Assembly: GCA_025839675.1 (NCBI GenBank)
Contig: CP104013.1
Span: 2,040,001 to 2,072,000, forward strand
From: Candidatus Lokiarchaeum ossiferum
GTDB lineage: Archaea > Asgardarchaeota > Lokiarchaeia > Sigyniarchaeales > Promethearchaeaceae
Length of the DNA: 32,000 nt
Reading direction: 5' to 3'
Shown: positions 25,349 through 32,000 of the stretch, one piece after another
How the letters are laid out: every line of letters begins with the position of its first letter
Position numbering within the stretch: the stretch's first letter is position 1
Made by a program: the position numbers and the translations under genes
Notes under the pieces: model-generated
Databases searched by the model: none
Seen by the model: only the letters and a program-made list of their open reading frames with translations
What the model was told of the DNA's origin: nothing

Positions 25349-26704
25349 GTGCCTCAACCTTTAAAATCTCAAATCAAAGAAATTCAACTGATTATAGACA
25401 AGGATGATGTAATTGTCAAACATTTTGTTGCGGGGATCTGGAAAGGATCACAAACTTTTACGGGATTTTCTTTCTCCACATCATTGAAATTAGATGCAGT
25501 TTATGCCTATGAACGAGATAAAATTCCAGCAAGAGCAACCTTGCGAGATGATCACCATACCATTGATGTCCAATTTACTACTGCCATTCAACCTAATTCA
25601 AAATATGTGTATGAAATTCAACTTCTTTTAAATCCCAAGGACATCATTCAGAAATTAGGGAGTTTAAACATCATAGAATGGCCCAAAGAAGATTTAACAG
25701 AAATAATCTTTCTTCGCAATGCAGGAGAGATATTCTTTAGCTCTGCATTAGCCAAAATTAAGATTGATCAAAAAAATCACACTCGAAACATTGTTCCGGG
25801 AAAATTTTCAAAGAATTTAACTTCCCATGCTCGGAATGCATCGGCAATAAGAATTGAATGGGGAAAAAGTCCCCAATTTAGATTGCATTTTGATTATATT
25901 ATAAAAAATGTTGACAACCAAACTGCAAGGAATCTCATTCTGGAAACTTATATTCCCCCTTCCACTAAATTTCAAAATTCTAGACTATTATCGCTCAATA
26001 ATTCTAAAATCGATATTGATGAAGATGGAAATTCTCTGTTAACCATAAAAGTTGATGAAATCCCAGCTCATCAAACAAAAGCACTTCAATTTGATTTAAT
26101 TATTACTCCAAAGGGGAATTCCGATATTGTCTTACCTATATTTGGAAAGTGGGAAGAATATCGTAAACTTACACTCCCAGGGTCAACTGGATCGGCCATG
26201 CTTCTAGCTTCGCAATACTGGCCAATTTCAGATTCAATAATCCAAGAATTAGTCAGGATTTTAAAAAAAAATGCCAAGAATGCTTCCGAATTTATCACTC
26301 TCGCCTTTGAATTTGTGAACCAAAAAATATCATATGAAATGAATGGAATTCGAGAGGATGCAGTCAAAACGATGAATGATCGTCGCGGAGACTGTTCAGA
26401 AATGTCCGATTTATTTGTATGCATACTTCGAGCGGGAGGAATTCCAGCCAGAATTGTTCACGGATGGTCTGTTGATTTAGATAACTTATCTCTAGGACCT
26501 CATGCATGGTGTGAATTTTTCTCTCCAGATGCTGGAGGATGGAGGAGTGCAGATCCAACATGGGGTTTTCTTACCGGCACAGGTGTGCAACATATCTGCC
26601 GACAACGCGAAGGGTTAGTGACAGATCAACACACTTATAGTTGGAAATATCAAGGTCAGACAAAAATCGAAGTACAAGAAACGACTACACTATCAATAGA
26701 GTGA
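25349..26704 (+). CDS. cytosolic transglutaminase-like (papain-fold Cys-His-Asp) protein with a ~300-aa beta-rich N-terminal region
   Basis: 451 aa with a GTG start and no in-frame ATG nearby. There is no signal peptide. The transglutaminase core is RRGDCSEMSDLFVCILRAGGIPARIVHGW (Cys codon 26393-26395), GPHAWCEFF (His codon 26501-26503) and RSADPTWG (Asp codon 26552-26554). Confidence 0.8.
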   Translation: MPQPLKSQIKEIQLIIDKDDVIVKHFVAGIWKGSQTFTGFSFSTSLKLDAVYAYERDKIPARATLRDDHHTIDVQFTTAIQPNSKYVYEIQLLLNPKDIIQKLGSLNIIEWPKEDLTEIIFLRNAGEIFFSSALAKIKIDQKNHTRNIVPGKFSKNLTSHARNASAIRIEWGKSPQFRLHFDYIIKNVDNQTARNLILETYIPPSTKFQNSRLLSLNNSKIDIDEDGNSLLTIKVDEIPAHQTKALQFDLIITPKGNSDIVLPIFGKWEEYRKLTLPGSTGSAMLLASQYWPISDSIIQELVRILKKNAKNASEFITLAFEFVNQKISYEMNGIREDAVKTMNDRRGDCSEMSDLFVCILRAGGIPARIVHGWSVDLDNLSLGPHAWCEFFSPDAGGWRSADPTWGFLTGTGVQHICRQREGLVTDQHTYSWKYQGQTKIEVQETTTLSIE

Positions 26705-26708
26705 TAAT

Positions 26709-29700
26709 ATGAAAAAACAAGAAATTGTAAAAAGGATGGAAGTTCCAGTTGCGAATATTTTTGATATGCAATATAAGTGGACAATTTTAGCTGGAGCAGG
26801 TATTTCTATGGATGCTCCATCAAATCTACCTTCTGCTCGTCAAATCACACGTTCTTTATTGGAATTTTGTGCTCCAGAGGAAGAAGTCGAAGAATTAGCA
26901 AATTTAGAGGCTCTTCGCTATGAACTTCTTGTGGAAATGATTCAACAGGTCAGAGATACCGAATTAGTGTTTATGGACTATTTTGATCTGGTCAAGGATC
27001 CAAACTTGGTTCACCTTTTCATTGCTCAAGCAATTCTAACGGGAAATCATGCAATAACTACAAATTTTGACTATCTTATTGAATTTGCCCTTCAATCACT
27101 CCTTTCTCAAGAAAAACACCACAATATTCATCCCATTATAACTAAAGCAGATTTTCTTCAATATAAAAATCCAGAGGAATTGATGGCACAAGGGAGATTT
27201 CCACTGTACAAAATTCATGGCGCAAAAAGTAATATAATAACTCAAGAATCTACCATCGATTCCTTGGTAACCACAATTAGCGATCTGGGAAAAGATCGCG
27301 AGGTAGGAGAAACTTTTGCGATTGAACCTTATAAAAAACCCGCGGTGAACAACATGATGCGAGATAGATCTCTGCTCATTATGGGTTACTCGGGAAGTGA
27401 TGATTTTGATATCGGACCAGTGTTAAAAGAATTGCCTCATTTAAAACAATTGGTTTGGATAGAACATGCACCAGTGGATCGTCCAGAAATCTACCAAATT
27501 CAAAAAATAACAGATCTTTCTACTATTTCTTCTCTTTCTAAACCGGATTCTCTTTTAGCAGAAATTCGATCCGATGTAGATTTTGAAGTCTTTCTAATAA
27601 AAACCAATACAAGAACACTTATACAAGACTCTTTGTGGTCACAATTCTTTCCTTCAATTACTTTACCGAAAATTGCATCCCAACCTACTCAAAGACCTGA
27701 TTTTAAATCATGGGCACAAAATATATATGCAAATACGGGAATCTTAGATAAATATATCTTAGCAAGTAAAATATACTTGGAAGTCAATCAAAATCAATCT
27801 ACTTTGCGAACAGCCCGAAAAGGATTAGATTTAGCATCCAAAATGGAAGATCAATATGAATTTATGAAACAAGGGAATTTTAACAATATTCTTGGTCATG
27901 TGTATAAAGACATTGGTGAACCTGAAAAAGCTTTGGAGGCCTATTCCGCAAATTTGGAGACAGATTTAAAATTAGGTGATGTTGATGGAATAACAGCAGC
28001 TTATAGCGGAATTGGTTACATTTATTATAGTCAAAGTAATTTTCAGACAGCTTTGGAATATTATAACAAAGCATTGGATCTAGCAATAGAGAATGATTTA
28101 CTTGAAAAACAAGGGCATTATCTCAATAGCCTCGGAATGATCTATAAAGATCAAGGAAAATTTGACCAAGCAATGAATTACTTGCAAAAAGCGCTAGCAA
28201 TAGCAGAAAATGTAGGCAATTTGACCAGTAAAGCACGTCTTTATAGCAATATAGGACAGATGCACAAATCCCGAATGGAATATGACAAGGCGATCCAATA
28301 CTATCAAGATGCTTATAAGATAAATTCTGAATTAGGACAAATTAGGAGCATGGCTGTCAGATTAGGCCATATTGGACAAGTATACTATATGCAAGAAAAA
28401 TTTGATCTCGCTAAACAACATTATGAGGATTCATTAAAGATTTATAAAGAACTAGGCGATATTTCGAGTCAAGCACGTACCATGGGAAATTTAGCGTTAA
28501 TTAACGTTCAAAATAAAGAATATGACATTGCCTTGAAAATTTTCAAGGAAACAGTGCAAATTGCAGATAAATTGGGAGAATTACGTGGAAAGGCAATCCG
28601 GTTGAATAATATTGGTACAATTTATCAAGCTCAAGATGAGGATGAACAAGCTTTGAAATATTTCTTTGAAGCCGTAGATATTGATCAATCCACGGGAAAT
28701 CAAGCGAACCTAATCACGGATTTCAATAACATTGGGCTGTCATATGGGAAGCTTAAGAATTATGATCAAGCATTTGATTATTACAATAAAACTATTAACA
28801 TTGCAAAAGAAATTCAACAAGAAGAAATTCGAATGATTGGGTTAAGAAATCTCCGAGATCTTTATGTGCAAAGAGGAGATGAACTCAAATCGGAGAGAAA
28901 TTATCTTCAAGCCATTGAGGATTATCAACAAGCTTTTGAATTACACAACACACTTAAAAATCCCGAAGAAAATGCATATTATTTGAATAAATTAGGTGTT
29001 GCAAATTACTATGCAGATCAAAATGAGACAGCTATGCAATATTTTGAAGAAGCATTTCTTCTCGATGAACAGTTTGATGATCGAAAGGGAAAATCGGATC
29101 GACTTTATTATATGGCCTTAATTTATCAGGAAGCACAAAATCTTGAGAAAGCAGTTGATTTATTCGCTCAATCATTGAAATATGCAGATGAATTAGCTTT
29201 AGTAGACGATCAACTATTATTATTAGAAAAAATTTATAAGATTCATCGGGAACTTGCTTTACCAGAAAAAACAGTTTCATTCTTTGACCGATATTTAACA
29301 CTCCATTCTCATATTTATGCTGAAAACGCGGAAGAACTTCAGGAAAGTGTGATTAAATATCTTGAACTAGCGAAATTAAGTAATTCTCTAAAAATGCATG
29401 AGGAAGCATATGAAATTTTGTTAAGAGGAGCAAAAATTGCCGAACAAACACAGATGTTTTATGAATTATGTGCAATATATTATACTGCAGGATATACACA
29501 ATCTCAAAATCTGAAGAATTATTCAAAGGCAAACAAACTATACAAGCAAGCAGATCAAATTGCAAGTTCACATCACTTTGAGGATCTTCAAAATCAGCTT
29601 TTAAATCAATGGGCCTTAAGTTTAAAGTATTTGGGGCAATTTGATGAAGCAATAAATAAATTATTAATGGCTATTCCTTTAGCGGAAAAAATAGCAGATC

Positions 29701-29876
29701 CAAATGCATTAGGCCATCGATACAATAATTTGGCTGGAATTTATTTTCGGAAGAAAGCTTATCAACAATCTCTCGAATATTATACATTAGCATTAGCACA
29801 ATTTTCTGCTTTAGGCAAAACGAAAAGTGTTGCGACCATTCAAAAAAATATTGAAAATGTCCAAAAACGGATTTAA
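26709..29876 (+). CDS. SIR2_2-type sirtuin-like (putative NAD+-consuming) domain fused to about 17 TPR repeats
   Basis: 1055 aa, with the ATG 4 nt after the transglutaminase gene stop. The N-terminal domain has LAGAGISMDAPSNLP (26793-26807), ITTNFDYLIE (27057-27071), LYKIHGA (His codon 27216-27218) and LLIMGYSGSDDFDIGPVL. These match the GAGxS, TTNYD, HG and GYSxxD blocks of the SIR2_2 family. From about residue 375 to the end there are ~40-aa TPR_12-like units (NxxGxxYxxxGxxxxAxxYYxxAL). Confidence 0.85.
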   Translation: MKKQEIVKRMEVPVANIFDMQYKWTILAGAGISMDAPSNLPSARQITRSLLEFCAPEEEVEELANLEALRYELLVEMIQQVRDTELVFMDYFDLVKDPNLVHLFIAQAILTGNHAITTNFDYLIEFALQSLLSQEKHHNIHPIITKADFLQYKNPEELMAQGRFPLYKIHGAKSNIITQESTIDSLVTTISDLGKDREVGETFAIEPYKKPAVNNMMRDRSLLIMGYSGSDDFDIGPVLKELPHLKQLVWIEHAPVDRPEIYQIQKITDLSTISSLSKPDSLLAEIRSDVDFEVFLIKTNTRTLIQDSLWSQFFPSITLPKIASQPTQRPDFKSWAQNIYANTGILDKYILASKIYLEVNQNQSTLRTARKGLDLASKMEDQYEFMKQGNFNNILGHVYKDIGEPEKALEAYSANLETDLKLGDVDGITAAYSGIGYIYYSQSNFQTALEYYNKALDLAIENDLLEKQGHYLNSLGMIYKDQGKFDQAMNYLQKALAIAENVGNLTSKARLYSNIGQMHKSRMEYDKAIQYYQDAYKINSELGQIRSMAVRLGHIGQVYYMQEKFDLAKQHYEDSLKIYKELGDISSQARTMGNLALINVQNKEYDIALKIFKETVQIADKLGELRGKAIRLNNIGTIYQAQDEDEQALKYFFEAVDIDQSTGNQANLITDFNNIGLSYGKLKNYDQAFDYYNKTINIAKEIQQEEIRMIGLRNLRDLYVQRGDELKSERNYLQAIEDYQQAFELHNTLKNPEENAYYLNKLGVANYYADQNETAMQYFEEAFLLDEQFDDRKGKSDRLYYMALIYQEAQNLEKAVDLFAQSLKYADELALVDDQLLLLEKIYKIHRELALPEKTVSFFDRYLTLHSHIYAENAEELQESVIKYLELAKLSNSLKMHEEAYEILLRGAKIAEQTQMFYELCAIYYTAGYTQSQNLKNYSKANKLYKQADQIASSHHFEDLQNQLLNQWALSLKYLGQFDEAINKLLMAIPLAEKIADPNALGHRYNNLAGIYFRKKAYQQSLEYYTLALAQFSALGKTKSVATIQKNIENVQKRI

Positions 29877-29878
29877 TT

Positions 29879-29903
29879 AAACAGGAATACATTTCTGTTT
29901 TTT
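29879..29903 (+). terminator. hairpin AAACAG...CTGTTT followed by a T-run, after the SIR2-TPR gene
   Basis: AAACAG (29879-29884) pairs with CTGTTT (29895-29900). The stem extends with G-U/A-U pairs and runs into TTTTTT (29898-29903). It starts 3 nt after the stop codon. Confidence 0.35.
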
Positions 29904-29982
29904 CTTATGGGGAAAAGTATCAGCGAAAGATTAAATATATCATAACAATTTGGCGAATCAGACCAAAGGTCCGAGACATTGG

Positions 29983-30010
29983 GCACCATTGGTGCGAAAT
30001 GCTTTATATA
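29983..30010 (+). promoter_or_regulatory. 13-bp palindrome GCACCA-T-TGGTGC (29983-29995) followed by the TATA box TTTATATA (30003-30010)
   Basis: Read directly. The TATA box lies 47 nt upstream of ATG 30057. GTGA lies 8 nt upstream of the ATG. Confidence 0.4.
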
Positions 30011-30056
30011 TCCTTTTGGACTTAACTATCATAGCACTCAACCAGTGTGAAAAACC

Positions 30057-30323
30057 ATGAAACGCTCTCAAAAATTAATGTTATATAGTATTGTCGGAAT
30101 GTTAGCAGTTGGCATCTTTATTGCTGCTGCTAATGCCTCAGCGGAAGAATTAACCTCAGATTTGACTAATGAAACATGTGATGGAACTGGAACACAACAA
30201 CAAAAACGCCAAGGAAATGGAACTGGAGATCATCCTCAAGATGGGACAGGAAACGGTTATAAACACCAATATAATGCAACCTTAGATGAAAATGGTGTCT
30301 GCATCTATGCAACAGAAGCATAA
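30057..30323 (+). CDS. small secreted or membrane-anchored protein with three (D/N)GTG repeats and two Cys
   Basis: 88 aa. The N-terminal signal/anchor is MKRSQKLMLYSIVGMLAVGIFIAAANASA. The mature part is ...ETCDGTGTQQQKRQGNGTGDHPQDGTGNGYKHQYNATLDENGVCIYATEA. It has its own promoter (previous feature). No family recognised. Confidence 0.55.
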   Translation: MKRSQKLMLYSIVGMLAVGIFIAAANASAEELTSDLTNETCDGTGTQQQKRQGNGTGDHPQDGTGNGYKHQYNATLDENGVCIYATEA

Positions 30324-30429
30324 TTGACCTTTTTTTCTTTGTATTTTTCATTAATATTCTTGTAAATCAGCTTGGATTAAAAGTTGGAAAAAATGAAAAT
30401 GAAAAAAAATTTGTACTTCACGCTCTCAT

Positions 30430-31821
30430 TTACAAGAATATTGGAGCAATTAAAGCCCCAACAGAAAATATAAAAGTGAGCCAGAGCCATGCGTTAATTT
30501 CTTTTATCTTCCCTAAAACAATTTTAATTAACACAAAAGAAATAACTCCAAAAACAATTCCATTTGTAATACTATAAGTAAATGGAATCATCACCATAGA
30601 TAGGAACGCAGGAATAGCATCTTCCAAATTAGTCCAATCAATATTTGCAAGAGGTTTAAACATCAAAACACCTAAAAGAACTAAGACAGGAGCGGTTGCA
30701 TATAATGGAACGGCAGCTAATAAGGGACTTAAAAACATAAATGGAAGGAAGCATAATCCAGTAACAACTGCAGTTAAACCAGTTCTACCACCTTCTTCCA
30801 CACCAGCGGCACTTTCAATATATGTTGTTGCATCAGAAGTTCCAAAAAAGCCAGATACAAAAGTAGTTAAACTATCAGCAACAAGAGTTCTCTTGAAATT
30901 CTTTGGATCACCATTTTCATCGAGTAATCCTCCCACTTCAGAGACACCAAGAAAAGTTGAAACACTGTCAAAAAGATCAGTAAAGGCTAAAGTAAAAATT
31001 GGAATAATCAAAGCAGGTTTTAAAATAACCCCAAGATCAAATTTGAAGAAAGTTCCTGTATCGGGTAAGGCAGCAATTTCGGTTATCGCAATTGATTGAA
31101 AATTTTCATCAATAACGTTAGTACCCCATCCACCTATGGAAAAAATTACTCCTAAGATCGCTGTGGTAACAATACCAATTAAAAATGCACCATTGACCTT
31201 CTTAAGCATCAATACAGCCGTAAAAATTAACCCAAATAGAAATAATGCAAAAGTTAAACCAAAATTATTCATACCTACTAATGTGGCGTCATTATTGATT
31301 ACCACACCTGCATCTTGTAATCCAATGAACACTAAAAATAATCCAATTCCGGCCGCAAGACCAAATCTAAGGCTTTTTGGAATTGCTTTTAACACCCCAC
31401 TACTAATTGGAGTTAAGGACATGATAGTTAATAATGCACCAGCAATGATTATTGCCCCCATCATTTCTTCCCAAGTTATTGTTCCACCCCCAACTAATGC
31501 AAAAGAAATATAAGCATTTAAACCCATACCAGGGGCCACAGCATAAGGATTATTTGACATTAATCCCATTACGATGGTCATTACCGCAGAGATTAAAACT
31601 GTTGAGAATAAAATTGCATTGAAATCTTGGTTCGCCCCGTATTCATTAGAAAGAATTCCTGGATTGACCACGATTATATATGCCATTGTCATAAAACTGG
31701 TAATTCCTGCGAGAACCTCAGTTTTGACAGTAGTTTTATTCTCTGAAAGTTTGAATGTTTTTTCGAGGAATTCTCCAAATCCACCTGTAGAATTCTCTTT
31801 CGTTTCTGTTTCAGCAGACAT
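30430..31821 (-). CDS. NCS2-family nucleobase permease (AzgA/PbuG-like adenine/guanine/hypoxanthine transporter)
   Basis: The sequence FKLSENKTTVKTEVLAGITSFMTMAYIIVVNPGIL is the typical AzgA-type N-terminus, followed by about 12 TM helices. I prefer Met21 (ATG at 31819-31821) over the track start at 31881. Confidence 0.85.
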   Translation of the reverse strand: MSAETETKENSTGGFGEFLEKTFKLSENKTTVKTEVLAGITSFMTMAYIIVVNPGILSNEYGANQDFNAILFSTVLISAVMTIVMGLMSNNPYAVAPGMGLNAYISFALVGGGTITWEEMMGAIIIAGALLTIMSLTPISSGVLKAIPKSLRFGLAAGIGLFLVFIGLQDAGVVINNDATLVGMNNFGLTFALFLFGLIFTAVLMLKKVNGAFLIGIVTTAILGVIFSIGGWGTNVIDENFQSIAITEIAALPDTGTFFKFDLGVILKPALIIPIFTLAFTDLFDSVSTFLGVSEVGGLLDENGDPKNFKRTLVADSLTTFVSGFFGTSDATTYIESAAGVEEGGRTGLTAVVTGLCFLPFMFLSPLLAAVPLYATAPVLVLLGVLMFKPLANIDWTNLEDAIPAFLSMVMIPFTYSITNGIVFGVISFVLIKIVLGKIKEINAWLWLTFIFSVGALIAPIFL

Positions 31822-32000
31822 ATTTTTTACCTTGTATTTTTTTAATAAAACAAATTTTGTCCAACCTTTTCTGTAACACAACTACAAAATCTGTTTCGTT
31901 CTTCTCAAAAGCTTCTATTTGAAGTTTATCAAAGAATTGATTCTTACTTAGCTTTGAAATATAAAAGGAGTAAGTACTAGTAGGTTAATATGTCTCGCAA

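Noticed and set aside
31822-31881. N-terminal 20 codons of track ORF 30430..31881
   Set aside because: MCYRKGWTKFVLLKKYKVKN is not part of AzgA-type permeases. Met21 (MSAETETKEN...) gives the usual short cytosolic N-terminus. The upstream start remains possible but less likely.
1-32000. CRISPR arrays, rRNA/tRNA genes, transposases, integrases or flanking direct repeats indicating a mobile island
   Set aside because: I found no regularly spaced repeats, no structured RNA gene signatures and no recombinase or transposase motifs in any ORF. The accessory-looking right half has no recognisable mobility genes in this window.
31990-32000. Possible gene start, ATGTCTCGCAA, at the right edge
   Set aside because: Only 11 nt of potential coding sequence are visible, with a TATA-like element about 40 nt upstream. 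That is too little to call.

Overview
This is an AT-rich segment (roughly one-third G+C by eye) that looks archaeal. TTTATATA-type TATA boxes sit about 25-50 nt upstream of starts, several genes appear leaderless or carry short GGTGA/AAGGAG ribosome-binding sites, and gene ends are followed by oligo-T tracts. I see no rRNA, tRNA, CRISPR array, transposase or integrase. I support about 30 protein-coding genes. The left half (7.6-16.1 kb) has an iron-sulfur/sulfur theme: Fe-S L-serine dehydratase alpha and beta subunits, a RibD-C-type reductase, ferritin, IscU, an acetyl-CoA transferase-GNAT fusion, cysteine desulfurase and a PP-loop LarE-like ATPase with a CxxC...C signature. The supplied ORF track misses a small HesB/IscA-like ORF here. 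It is interrupted by one in-frame TGA in a G-U-C-G context and followed by a 3'UTR hairpin with an AUGA/GA core, which resembles a eukaryote-type SECIS. The right half (17-30 kb) looks more accessory. It holds a CBS-domain membrane protein translationally coupled to a membrane protein with an RGG/RS/Tyr-His-rich tail and two zinc ribbons. It also holds a beta-lactamase-fold protein lacking its nucleophile Ser, and a three-domain longin-like/Rag(Gtr)-like GTPase/roadblock-like protein with the Rag-specific HKxD G4 motif. The last item is a tightly coupled pair: a cytosolic transglutaminase-like Cys-His-Asp protein and a 1055-aa SIR2_2-type sirtuin-like domain fused to about 17 TPR repeats. The Rag-like GTPase and the eukaryote-like SECIS together suggest an Asgard (Loki/Promethearchaeia-like) archaeon, but that is inference. 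My best candidates for an undescribed system are the transglutaminase + SIR2-TPR cassette and the selenoprotein/SECIS locus. All family assignments rest on motifs read by eye; no database search was run.
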